Source: Elusimicrobiota bacterium (GTDB lineage Bacteria; Elusimicrobiota; Elusimicrobia; Elusimicrobiales; UBA9959). Taken from it: a DNA stretch of 57,220 bases. Below are positions 1-8,892 of this stretch, piece by piece. How positions within the stretch are numbered: the first letter of the stretch is position 1; every line of letters begins with the position of its first letter. Location of the stretch: positions 1 through 57,220 of the forward strand of contig JBAXKK010000004.1 of the NCBI GenBank assembly GCA_037137395.1, written 5' to 3'. The notes under the pieces were generated by a model that was not told where the DNA came from, searched no databases, and worked only from the letters and a program-made list of their open reading frames with translations. A program made the position numbers and the translations under genes.

Positions 1-2
1 AT

Positions 3-191
3 GTGCAGATAGCCGTGCATCCGCATCTTTTCCGGCACACTTTCGCCTCGCATCTTGTGCAGGCGGGGGCTGACCTCAGATCGGTGCAGGAAATGCTGGG
101 GCACGCGAGCCTCAATAATACGCAGATCTATGCCCACGTTGAGAAATCCGGGGTAAAAGCCGCGCACGAAAAATTTCATCCGGATAAATAA
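3..191 (+). CDS. Tyrosine recombinase XerC/XerD, C-terminal fragment (gene begins before the window)
   Basis: [13 protein letters not shown]...[22 protein letters not shown] carries the H-x-x-R, H and catalytic Y boxes of Xer recombinases. Confidence 0.9.
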   Translation: MQIAVHPHLFRHTFASHLVQAGADLRSVQEMLGHASLNNTQIYAHVEKSGVKAAHEKFHPDK

Positions 192-311
192 GGATGCGGC
201 CGGGGAGCAATGCGACAGCGGAAATCGTAAATCGGCAACAGTAAACTTTTTAAGGAATGTCATTTTTACTATTTCCGTTTTACGCTTTCCGTTTTACGGT
301 TTACTAACACT

Positions 312-1862
312 ATGATAGACGAACATGACGATATTTTTGATTCCAAGATAACTCTGCACGACCGGCACCGGTTCGAGATAAAGCTGGATATTGATCTTCC
401 CCCGTCCTCCCGCACGGTTTATGAACTGGAGAGTTACTTCTTCGTGCCAAGCGCGCTTAACATAGGTCCCAATACCTACACAAAGGAAGATTTTTACAAC
501 AATAATCAGCGCTATATCCGTTTCAGAACGCCCAAGATCAGCCTGTCCAGGCTTTGCGATCCCAAATTTGCAACCTCCCCGCTCAACCGGGTGAAGGAGA
601 ATATCTCCCGAATACTTTCCGGCTCCAAAGATCCCGCCCTGGTGGAACTTGCTTACGACGAGTTTAAGCTTTTGGGCTGCGTCATACGCGGCGAGATCCG
701 CGACCTGGTAAAAAGTTTCATGGCGGACATAGAAACCTACTCCCACCCGGCCCCGGAACACGGCAAAAAGCTCTTTGTCGGAGAGGAGCTGGAAAGCTTC
801 CTTGTGGATTTTAAGTATCTGTGCGGCCAGATAAACGCGCTAAAGTCGGAAGTGCTGGATCCCGCGGTGCCGGTCAAGCTGAGAGAGACCTTCAAGTTTT
901 TCGACGAATACCTGAGCCTGATAACAGAGGAATACCTTACCTCCCTGCTGGCGGCTATGCGCCGCAACAAGGCGGCCCTTGCCGCTTTTGAAAACGTGGA
1001 AAAAGAGCTGACCGCTATTATCGTATCGCAGAACCGCTACCGCGCCGCGATGAATTACCCGTCCGTCCTTAAGGAGGGCGAGAATAACGAGGTTATCATT
1101 TACCGCCGGGGAGTGCTTAAAAAATTTATATCCAGCGTGCTTTATTTGAAGCCGGAACTGGACGAGGGGCAGACGCTCACGCAGCTGCTTTTCGGCCTAG
1201 CGGCCGGCCTGGCAATGCTGTTCGCGGTCACGGCCACCATCTACGCGCAGAACCGTTACACCATGAACAGCGTGCCGTTCGTGCTGGTGATAGTAACCAG
1301 CTACATTTTTAAGGATCGTATCAAGGACTGGCTTAAGCTCCTGTTCTCCAGAAATCTGACGCGCTGGTTCTCCGACCGTGAGATAAAGATCCTTGACCCG
1401 TACAACTCTAAGGCTATCGGTCTGCTTAAAGAGGTGTTCACCTTCATCTCGGAAGCCGCGGTGCCGCCGGATATATCGCGCATACGAAAGATAGACAATA
1501 TCACATCCATAGACGAGGATGGGAAGCCGGAGCGCGTTTTTAAATATAAAAAAGAAATAGTCCTCTATCCCGAAAAGATCCTCAGCGTTCATGACCGGCG
1601 CAAGGACCTTAACGATATCATGCGCTTTAACATCAAAGATTTTGTCACTCAGGCCGATGATTCCCGCGTAGAGTACCCGTACGCTGATCCGGCGACCGGC
1701 CAGATCCGCGTCGCTGTCTGCGCGCGCGTCTACCATATCAATATGGTGATAAAATATTCATACGTAGACGCGCAGGGCGCCGCCAGGATACATTTCGACC
1801 GCATCCGGATAGTCATCAACAAGGAAGGCCTGGTTCGCCTGGAAGAAGTGAAGCTGATATAG
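312..1862 (+). CDS. Hypothetical membrane protein (516 aa, two adjacent TM helices)
   Basis: Long ORF with hydrophobic segments LLFGLAAGLAMLFAVTATIY and VPFVLVIVTSYIF. No family recognised. Confidence 0.7.
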   Translation: MIDEHDDIFDSKITLHDRHRFEIKLDIDLPPSSRTVYELESYFFVPSALNIGPNTYTKEDFYNNNQRYIRFRTPKISLSRLCDPKFATSPLNRVKENISRILSGSKDPALVELAYDEFKLLGCVIRGEIRDLVKSFMADIETYSHPAPEHGKKLFVGEELESFLVDFKYLCGQINALKSEVLDPAVPVKLRETFKFFDEYLSLITEEYLTSLLAAMRRNKAALAAFENVEKELTAIIVSQNRYRAAMNYPSVLKEGENNEVIIYRRGVLKKFISSVLYLKPELDEGQTLTQLLFGLAAGLAMLFAVTATIYAQNRYTMNSVPFVLVIVTSYIFKDRIKDWLKLLFSRNLTRWFSDREIKILDPYNSKAIGLLKEVFTFISEAAVPPDISRIRKIDNITSIDEDGKPERVFKYKKEIVLYPEKILSVHDRRKDLNDIMRFNIKDFVTQADDSRVEYPYADPATGQIRVAVCARVYHINMVIKYSYVDAQGAARIHFDRIRIVINKEGLVRLEEVKLI

Positions 1863-1885
1863 GATATTGCCGACGGCAATATCCT
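1861..1885. terminator. Perfect hairpin at the stop codon, possible terminator
   Basis: aggatattgccg-a-cggcaatatcct inverted repeat. No clear U-tract. Confidence 0.35.
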
Positions 1886-2035
1886 GCCATAGGTCATAAG
1901 CCGTAGGCCATAAGTTCTTTAAGGAAGTTCCATATTGATTTTTTCTGCGTATGGCATATGGCGGGCTCGGCGCCCGTACGGCTTATGGCAGTAAATCACG
2001 ATTGTTTTAACGATATCTTGAATGGAGTTTAACGA

Positions 2036-3145
2036 ATGGAAATAAACGCGATAGGCATCATGGGAGCCAACACCACTGGCACGGGCCTGGCTGAGATATT
2101 TCTGAAGCATGGCTACCAGGTGCGCATCTACGACGATTTTAAGGATAGTCTTAATATTTCCCTGGCTAAGATACGCTGGTCAATGCATCAGGCCGGTAAG
2201 GAGGATCTGCTATCCAATATAGAGGGTATCCAGGACCTGTCCAAGTTCAAAGGTGCTGATATCATCATAGAGACGATGGCCAAGGATCTGGAGGAACGGC
2301 AACTGGCTTTCTCCAAGCTGAAGGATTTTGTGGAGCCCAACTGCGTTATTGCGGCTTACTGCGCCGTACAGCCGCTAAAGGCTCTGATTGAGAACACGAA
2401 TCTTCCGAAAGAGCGGATAATGGGATTTCATTTTATTCAGCCGGTGCGGACCAACGCGCTGGTGGAGCTGGTGCGGCTGGATGGCACCAAAGATGAGTAT
2501 CTGGACGCCGCCGTAAATCTTTTAAGAAAGATAGACAAGACGCCGATCTTAGTAAAAGATAATCCGGGGCAGATAGTGGAGCGCCTGTTCAGGCCTTTTA
2601 TTCTCAGTGCCTTTAAATTGCTGGAAGCCGGAAAGGGCCGCCCGCACGAGATAGACGCGGCGTTTAAAGAGGTTGGGCAGCTGCCGGTCGGGCCGTTTGA
2701 GGCGGTGGATTTTGTGGGGCTGGACAGGGATTATAAGGCCACTCAGAGTATTTACGAAGCGCTGGGCAAGCCCGGGCGGCTCACTCCTTCGCCTATGGAA
2801 CTGCGCCTGGTTCAGTACGGTCAGCTTGGCAGAAACGCCACGATAGGTTTTTATATTTATGAAGAGGGACGGATAGTGGGGGAAAATCCGATACTTTCCA
2901 ATGTCGTGAAGTATCTGGGTTTAAAGAAGGTCTCCAAAGAGGAGATCTTCGCGGAACTCATGCGGCCGGTTATAGAGGAAGCCCGGATCCTCGCCTCCGA
3001 GATTATGGCTTCCGAGTATGATGTGGAGACCGGTATGAAGCTGGCCATGGGCTGGCCCAAGGGGCCCTTTGCCTATGCCCGCGATCTTGAGCATCTTTTC
3101 GTAAAAAAGCAGGTCTCCGAATTCGAAAAGTTGGATTCCTACTGA
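2036..3145 (+). CDS. 3-hydroxyacyl-CoA dehydrogenase family protein (divergent)
   Basis: N-terminal Rossmann-like IGIMGANTTGTGLA, GFHFIQPV..LVE, and two C-terminal dimerisation repeats (PVGPFEAVDFVGLD; GWPKGPF). Confidence 0.8.
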   Translation: MEINAIGIMGANTTGTGLAEIFLKHGYQVRIYDDFKDSLNISLAKIRWSMHQAGKEDLLSNIEGIQDLSKFKGADIIIETMAKDLEERQLAFSKLKDFVEPNCVIAAYCAVQPLKALIENTNLPKERIMGFHFIQPVRTNALVELVRLDGTKDEYLDAAVNLLRKIDKTPILVKDNPGQIVERLFRPFILSAFKLLEAGKGRPHEIDAAFKEVGQLPVGPFEAVDFVGLDRDYKATQSIYEALGKPGRLTPSPMELRLVQYGQLGRNATIGFYIYEEGRIVGENPILSNVVKYLGLKKVSKEEIFAELMRPVIEEARILASEIMASEYDVETGMKLAMGWPKGPFAYARDLEHLFVKKQVSEFEKLDSY

Positions 3146-3170
3146 CCAGAAAAAAATCTGCTGATACATC

Positions 3171-3273
3171 GGAGTTCCGGGGAGTTCCGGGAGTTCCGGG
3201 GACAGTATATATATCTCGTAAAAACCAATTAAATATACTGTCCCCGGAACTAAATATACTGTCCCCGGAACTC
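3171..3273. repeat. REP-A cluster (GGAGTTCCGGGGACAGTATA) as an inverted pair, REPIN-like
   Basis: Stuttered ggagttccgg units plus ggggacagtatat, followed by two reverse copies (aaatatactgtccccggaac). Confidence 0.85.
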
Positions 3274-3290
3274 GTCCATTGAAAATATAT

Positions 3291-4265
3291 ATGTGGAAAC
3301 TTAGTATAACGATGGGAAGGTTTATCAGCGGTATGCTTCTCGTCGTATTTATGTCGTTCGCGTGGTACGCTGTATATCCTAATAAAGCGCGGCTTCGCGC
3401 GATAGCCCGCATGGTGAAGAGGCAGGCGTCTCCCTGCGCGACCACTATCACGTATTCGCTGGGTTCCATCGACCCCCGTTTCGACATCACGGCAGATACA
3501 CTTTCCGATGACCTGAAAAAAGCCGAAGCGGTCTGGGAAGGGCCGGCGCGCAGGGATCTTTTTGAATATGTGGAACGCGGCGGCGACATTACGGTCAACC
3601 TGATCTACGACATCCGCCAAGCCGCGGCCGGTAAGCTCAAGACGATGGATATACGGACCGACCAGGGCCGCGCGTCCTACGAAGCAATTAGGGCGCGGTA
3701 CAATAATCTTTCAGCGCTGGTGGATTCTGAGCAGGCCAAGAACGCGGCCCGATTGGCCGCCTATAAACGCCGCGACGCCGCGTTTAAGGACGAGATGCGG
3801 CGATGGACCTATGGCGGATCCGCCGCGCAGTTAAGGCGGCTGAAGGCGGTGAATGCGGCGCTGGAGCGCGAGTTATCTGATATGAGCGCGTCCGAGAAAG
3901 CCGTTAAAGCGCATATTAATACCCTTAACGCGCTCGCGACAATGCTTAACCAGCTCATCGTACAGCTTAATCTGAACATCGCACAGTATAACCGCGTAGG
4001 AGCGGCCTTGGGCAGCGTTGAATCGGGGTCTTACCGGGCTTATTGGGGAATGCAGGAGATAGACATCTACAGCTATACCGACAGCATACAGCTGGCCGGA
4101 CTTCTCGCGCATGAGATGGGGCACGCGCTGGGGATCGAGCACCTTTCCGCCCCCGAAGCCGTCATGTATAAGATAATAAACAGTAGCGGGAATCTGAAAG
4201 CGGGCGATACGGATATATCGGCGCTGGACACGATATGCCGCTCAGGCTTTTTCAAACACAAATAA
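3291..4265 (+). CDS. Matrixin/M10-like zinc metalloprotease with N-terminal anchor and central coiled coil
   Basis: HEMGHALGIEH (HExxHxxGxxH) followed by Met-turn AVMY. N-terminal hydrophobic helix. Start uncertain (3279/3291/3312). Confidence 0.85.
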   Translation: MWKLSITMGRFISGMLLVVFMSFAWYAVYPNKARLRAIARMVKRQASPCATTITYSLGSIDPRFDITADTLSDDLKKAEAVWEGPARRDLFEYVERGGDITVNLIYDIRQAAAGKLKTMDIRTDQGRASYEAIRARYNNLSALVDSEQAKNAARLAAYKRRDAAFKDEMRRWTYGGSAAQLRRLKAVNAALERELSDMSASEKAVKAHINTLNALATMLNQLIVQLNLNIAQYNRVGAALGSVESGSYRAYWGMQEIDIYSYTDSIQLAGLLAHEMGHALGIEHLSAPEAVMYKIINSSGNLKAGDTDISALDTICRSGFFKHK

Positions 4266-4334
4266 TCCTGCAGGATGCAGACCTGGCAGCCGTCTGCCAA
4301 ACCAATTACCGTGGAGCGTAAGCAACGCCACTAG

Positions 4335-4526
4335 CCTGAAAATGCAGTTGGCGCATGTTAGTCGTCGGGTAGCCCAGATTTTTCTATTCCGTCTTTCCGG
4401 CGCAAGCCGGAATCCAGGGTATTCTTGATGCTGGATACCGGCTTGCGCCGGTAGGACGACCGGCTTCCCCACCAATTTCACGGTGGGGAATGCCGCCGGT
4501 GAGACGGACCAACTGAAACTTTCCGG
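4335..4526 (-). mobile_element. MITE-like element with imperfect TIRs, flanked by CTAG and TTAA
   Basis: Ends cctgaaaatgcagttgg / ccaactgaaactttccgg. Close reverse-complement copy of 30201-30448. The flanking TTAA contains the speB stop codon. Confidence 0.75.
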
Positions 4527-5387
4527 TTAACTAAGGTACCCCATTAATCTATAGATCAGTTTGGCGGCGTTGAATTCGGTCATGGGGGAGCCTTTTATCG
4601 GGGCTACCTCCACCACGTCTATTCCTACGACCTTCTTTTTTTTACAGACCGCTTTAAAAAGGCGCAGAGCGTCATACCACATGAAACCGCCAGGCTGCGG
4701 CGTGCCGGTCCCCGGCATAACCGAGGGATCAAAACCGTCTACATCTATGGTCAGATAGACCGTGTCCGAAAGGTCTTTCAGGACATTTTTTTCAAGCTTG
4801 GCCAGGTTCAGGTTCTCATGCATCAGATAGGTTTTTACCTTGCCGGCGTTGATGTATTGCTTCTCGTCGTGGGACACGCTGCGTATCCCTACCTGCACGG
4901 TAGGGATGGTCCGCGACGGGGGATAAAGAGCGGACGCGTGGCTATGCGCGGAACCTTCGTATTCCGGCCGCAGATCCGCGTGCGCGTCAAAATGGAATAT
5001 TGAGAGATCCTTATATTTTTTACTAAAAGCGGGCAGCAGGCCCTGTGTTACGCTGTGCTCTCCACCCAGAAATATAGGGATGCCCTTGAACGCGGCCAAC
5101 AGTTCCGTGACCGAACGCTCAAGATTTTTAAAAAAAGCTTTCTCGCCCTGGGCGCAGTTGAAGGGTGCCAGCGTAATGATGCCTTTTTTCCATATCTCCC
5201 TTTTTGCTTCCTCATCCCAGAATTCCAGCTGCCAAGAAGAATTCAGTATGGCGGCCGGCCCGTTCTTTGTGCCCTTTCCGTAAGAAGTGGTCTTCTCGTA
5301 TGGGACCGGGAGTATCAGGAATCTGGCGTCCGTAAGTGATGCCGCCTCGTCAATAAGAAAAGGGGTTTTGTTTGGTTTTATGTTCAT
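4527..5387 (-). CDS. speB: Agmatinase
   Basis: Ureohydrolase motifs GGEHS, FDAHADLR, DVDGFDPSVMPGTGTP. Adjacent to arginine decarboxylase. Confidence 0.92.
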   Translation of the reverse strand: MNIKPNKTPFLIDEAASLTDARFLILPVPYEKTTSYGKGTKNGPAAILNSSWQLEFWDEEAKREIWKKGIITLAPFNCAQGEKAFFKNLERSVTELLAAFKGIPIFLGGEHSVTQGLLPAFSKKYKDLSIFHFDAHADLRPEYEGSAHSHASALYPPSRTIPTVQVGIRSVSHDEKQYINAGKVKTYLMHENLNLAKLEKNVLKDLSDTVYLTIDVDGFDPSVMPGTGTPQPGGFMWYDALRLFKAVCKKKKVVGIDVVEVAPIKGSPMTEFNAAKLIYRLMGYLS

Positions 5388-5405
5388 ATTTTTCCGCCAT
5401 CATGT

Positions 5406-5440
5406 AAAAATCCGGATCCCGTAAAAGAGATCCGGATTTT
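5406..5440 (-). terminator. Hairpin between pdaD and speB
   Basis: aaaatccggatc...gatccggatttt with T/A tracts on both sides. Confidence 0.55.
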
Positions 5441-5458
5441 AATAGTTCTAAATGTCGC

Positions 5459-6007
5459 TTAAAACACGAATACTGCCGCGGCTACCACTGTGGTCCAGGC
5501 GCCTTCAACGCCGATAGCTGACTGGGTCACATTGGTGGACTTTACGATCTTGCCGCTTACTTTCCAGATCTCTTCTTTTTGGTCCCAGGTGGTTTCGCTG
5601 CCGAACTCTATTCCCTGGATGGTGGAAAGCATCAGCGCGGCGAGGTCCTCGGCGTATTCGCCGGTCTGTTCGTCGGTTTCGCCGAAAGTGTGGTGCTCGG
5701 AGATGTAGCCGTACTGGCTGCGGTCCTTAGGTATAGCAAGGCCCACCGAGGAGGCTATCAGGCGGTGATTTTCATTGACTGCGTTGCGGCTGAGAACGCA
5801 ATGCAGTATCTGCCCGGTTTTAAGCCGCTCCACGCCTTTCTGCCTCGGGATCACTTTGCAGTGGGGGGGGAAAATGCTGGAGACATGCACAAGATTATAC
5901 CTGGCAATCTTGGCATCTCTAAGGGCTTCCTCGAAACTCGCGAGTTTCTCTTTATGGCGCCCGATACCTTTGGTGAGAAATATTTCTTTGGCGACGAATA
6001 TTGACAT
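5459..6007 (-). CDS. pdaD: Pyruvoyl-dependent arginine decarboxylase
   Basis: SFEEALRDAKIARYNLVHVSSIFPP (S-S self-cleavage site), GYISEH, WTTVVAAAVF. Confidence 0.9.
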   Translation of the reverse strand: MSIFVAKEIFLTKGIGRHKEKLASFEEALRDAKIARYNLVHVSSIFPPHCKVIPRQKGVERLKTGQILHCVLSRNAVNENHRLIASSVGLAIPKDRSQYGYISEHHTFGETDEQTGEYAEDLAALMLSTIQGIEFGSETTWDQKEEIWKVSGKIVKSTNVTQSAIGVEGAWTTVVAAAVFVF

Positions 6008-6068
6008 GGTTATTATTATAATAAATATTTAGGAATATGAGTAAAAAGATATGCGAACATGCGTTCTT

Positions 6069-8855
6069 TTACCCCGCGTTTTGCGGCGGCTTCTTTTCGC
6101 GGGCATCAAGGGATTTTAGCCTGGCCTGGTAGTCGGCTTCCAGTCTCTCTTTAGAAATATTGAATTCTTTTATCAGCGCGGCTTCCTTGGCGGTATAATT
6201 TTCCTGAAGCGCGGCTTCGCGTTTCTGCAGATCCGAGATCAGGTTCTGTTCCTGTTCCAGCAAGCCCTTAAACTTAACGCGTTCATTCTCCAGCTGGGCC
6301 GTTTTTATGCGCTGGGTGTCTTCCAGATCTTTTTTTGTCGCGGCGAAAGAAGCTTCCAGCGTCTGCCTGGCTTCCTGTAAGCGCTTATCGTGTTCCTGGA
6401 TCCTGGAGTTGAGCTTCATGTTGCGGGCTTCCAGGTCGGATTTCAGGCGGCTGACGCTTTCAGCCACGGAACGGTCATTATCGAGCTGCATTGCCTTATC
6501 CGAGAGCGCGGCGGAGTAATTGCGCTCCATCTGTTCAAAGCGCGTTGACAAGGCTTTCTCCTTCAGTTTGTAACTCTCTTCCAGAGCCGCGAGCAGTCGG
6601 TTTTCCCTTCCCTGGTAAGCTTCCTCCAGATCCTTGATTTGCCTGTCTGATCTGGCGGTGTATTCCTCTTTTATAAATTCCAGCTTCCTGAAATATTCGT
6701 CCTGCCGGTTTTTTTCTTTTTCTTCGCCGCGGCGTATGGCGTCCGCCATCTGGCCCAGGTAGTTCTTCTCAATGCTCGCTGTTTTATCCGTGAATTCCTT
6801 TTCCATGGAGCTTCTCAGGTCCTTGGCCCCGGAGAGATTCTCACGGATAAGATTCTGTTTTTCGTGCTCGGTTTCCTCCAGCTTGATGTTAGTGAGTTCT
6901 ATTTCCTCTCTTAAAAGGGATAATTGCGTTTGCGCGGAGTCCCTGCTTTGTAAGGCGAACTTAAGGTTCTGTTCCATCGCGTGCTGCCGGTTTTCCATGT
7001 CGCGCAGTTTCAGCTGATGGTTCTCCGCTGTTTTTTTGTTTTCAAGTTCCGATTCGTTTCTCGCGGCCTCAAAAGACTGTTTTTCGCGCGCCAAAAGCAG
7101 CTGTTCGTGCCGAAGGTCTTTTTCCCTAAGGCGGGCCTCGTGCTCCGCACGGAGGGAGGCCGCGGCTTCTTCCGCCCGGCGGCGGACTTCGGCCAGTTCG
7201 GCTGCGGCTGCGGCCTTTGAGGTTTCCAACTGGGAGTTGAGGCTGGCCAGGACTTTTTTTATGTTTTCGGAGTTTTCCGCCTCTTTGGCCTTAAGCGCTT
7301 CCATGAACTTGGCCTCAAGTTTCTGCGACTGGGCGTTCATAAGGTCGCGCTGCGCGGCCAGTCCGGCTTCTTTTATGCGATACTCCTGCGCTAAGCGGGT
7401 GGTTTCGGTCTTGAGGCTCTCTTCCAAATTTTTTCGCGCGGCTTCCTCCTCCGCGGCCAGAGTTTCGCGCAGGGTGATGACTTTGAGGGTGAATTCTTTT
7501 TCCAGCTTCACGCGCAGCGCGGAGGCCCGGGCGTGCTCCTGTTCGTCCATGGCGCGCAGGTAGGCTTCCTTATCGGCCAGCTGGCGCTTAAGTTCAGTGT
7601 TGTTTTCCGCCAGCGTGTTAAGGCGGGCCAGCGCCGCGTCCTTTTGCCCGGAAATTATGGAAAATTGGTTTCGGGTCTCCTCATGTTTTCGCGACAGTCC
7701 CAGTTCGGCTATGCGCGCGGATTCTTCCATGGATTCTTTGAGCAGCGCGTAGCGCTTTTCAAAAGCGCCGGCCAGTTCCGTCTCGCGCTGGCGTATGGTG
7801 TCTGCCACCTGCTTTCTGAAGATGTTCAGTTCTTCCCGCTCGGCCGAGAGCTTCGTCTCCCGCTCATCCAGAAGCTTTTCACGCGCGGCGAATTGTTCCT
7901 TCAGTGCCGCGGCGTTCTCCGCGGCCCCGGCTTCAAGAGCCGCTTCTTTTGCGTCGTAAGATCTTTTCAGCTCGGTGTGCTTTTCCTCCCACTGCGCGTG
8001 CCTGCGCGCGAGCTCCTTTTCCGCCTCTGTGAGGGAGGACTTCAGCGTCGCAGCGCGGGCGGAATAATCGGCTTCGGTCTGGGTCAGGCGCGCCGATAAA
8101 CTCTCCTCCAGCAACTTCTTGTTGTCTGAGAGCCAGCTAAGGTAAGCCGCGTACATCTGCTTTTCTTTCAGGGTAAATTCTTCGTTCAGCCGGTCAGACA
8201 GAGTTTTTATTTCCGTCAGGTGTTCCTGTCGTATTTTATGGCGGGACTCCTGCATTTCCATGTCATGCCGCGCTGCCATTTCAGCGGAGTTCTGCGCCAG
8301 TTTCTCCTTCCAGAGCTCTTCCATCTGCCGGGCACGATCCTCGGCTTCTTTGCGGGCCGTCTCGCGGCCAAGCTTAAGTTCCTCTATAAAGGTTTTGCGT
8401 TCGTTCTTGAAATCTTCCTCGCGCTCGGTCTCCCACTTCTTAAAAAGGGTCTCTATTTCGGCGCGTAGGTTCTTTTTCTGTTCCAGTATTTCGGCCTCTT
8501 TGCGCGCGATGTCGGCGTTCAGGCGGCCGCGTTCCTCTTCCAGCTCGGCGCGGTGCCTGGTAATGGCCTCGTCCAGAATAGTTTGGTGTTTCTGCCAGAG
8601 CCGCGCCTCCTTCTCCACCATCAGCCGGGCTATTTCAGCTTCGCGCTTCTTAAAGCGCCCTTCCTGAGCCTGGTTCAGCGCTTCAAACTCGGCCTCTTTG
8701 GCTTTGTTGTGCTGCTGTATCTCCTCGAATTTTTTAGAACGCAGTGACGCCAGCTCCAGCTCTTTCTCCTTGAGCTCGGAGGTCAGGCTGAATATCATCT
8801 TGGCCGAATCCAGTTCGGTCTCTTTCAGAATTTCGTCAAAGTCGTTAGTTTCCAT
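6069..8855 (-). CDS. Long coiled-coil protein (928 aa)
   Basis: E/K/R/L/A-rich heptad pattern throughout, almost no Pro/Gly, no ATPase motif seen. Confidence 0.8.
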   Translation of the reverse strand: METNDFDEILKETELDSAKMIFSLTSELKEKELELASLRSKKFEEIQQHNKAKEAEFEALNQAQEGRFKKREAEIARLMVEKEARLWQKHQTILDEAITRHRAELEEERGRLNADIARKEAEILEQKKNLRAEIETLFKKWETEREEDFKNERKTFIEELKLGRETARKEAEDRARQMEELWKEKLAQNSAEMAARHDMEMQESRHKIRQEHLTEIKTLSDRLNEEFTLKEKQMYAAYLSWLSDNKKLLEESLSARLTQTEADYSARAATLKSSLTEAEKELARRHAQWEEKHTELKRSYDAKEAALEAGAAENAAALKEQFAAREKLLDERETKLSAEREELNIFRKQVADTIRQRETELAGAFEKRYALLKESMEESARIAELGLSRKHEETRNQFSIISGQKDAALARLNTLAENNTELKRQLADKEAYLRAMDEQEHARASALRVKLEKEFTLKVITLRETLAAEEEAARKNLEESLKTETTRLAQEYRIKEAGLAAQRDLMNAQSQKLEAKFMEALKAKEAENSENIKKVLASLNSQLETSKAAAAAELAEVRRRAEEAAASLRAEHEARLREKDLRHEQLLLAREKQSFEAARNESELENKKTAENHQLKLRDMENRQHAMEQNLKFALQSRDSAQTQLSLLREEIELTNIKLEETEHEKQNLIRENLSGAKDLRSSMEKEFTDKTASIEKNYLGQMADAIRRGEEKEKNRQDEYFRKLEFIKEEYTARSDRQIKDLEEAYQGRENRLLAALEESYKLKEKALSTRFEQMERNYSAALSDKAMQLDNDRSVAESVSRLKSDLEARNMKLNSRIQEHDKRLQEARQTLEASFAATKKDLEDTQRIKTAQLENERVKFKGLLEQEQNLISDLQKREAALQENYTAKEAALIKEFNISKERLEADYQARLKSLDAREKKPPQNAG

Positions 8856-8892
8856 ATATCAGCGCGGCAGACAACGCCGCCGCGGCAGCCGG

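Noticed and set aside
3..191. Recombinase fragment as the integron integrase for the cassette array
   Set aside because: It looks like ordinary XerC/D, lies 37 kb away, and no convincing attC structure was seen.
2921..4481. Minus-strand ORFs crossing the REP-A and MITE regions
   Set aside because: They are composed of repeat translations (VPGTVYL, PAQAGIQ) and overlap better-supported genes.
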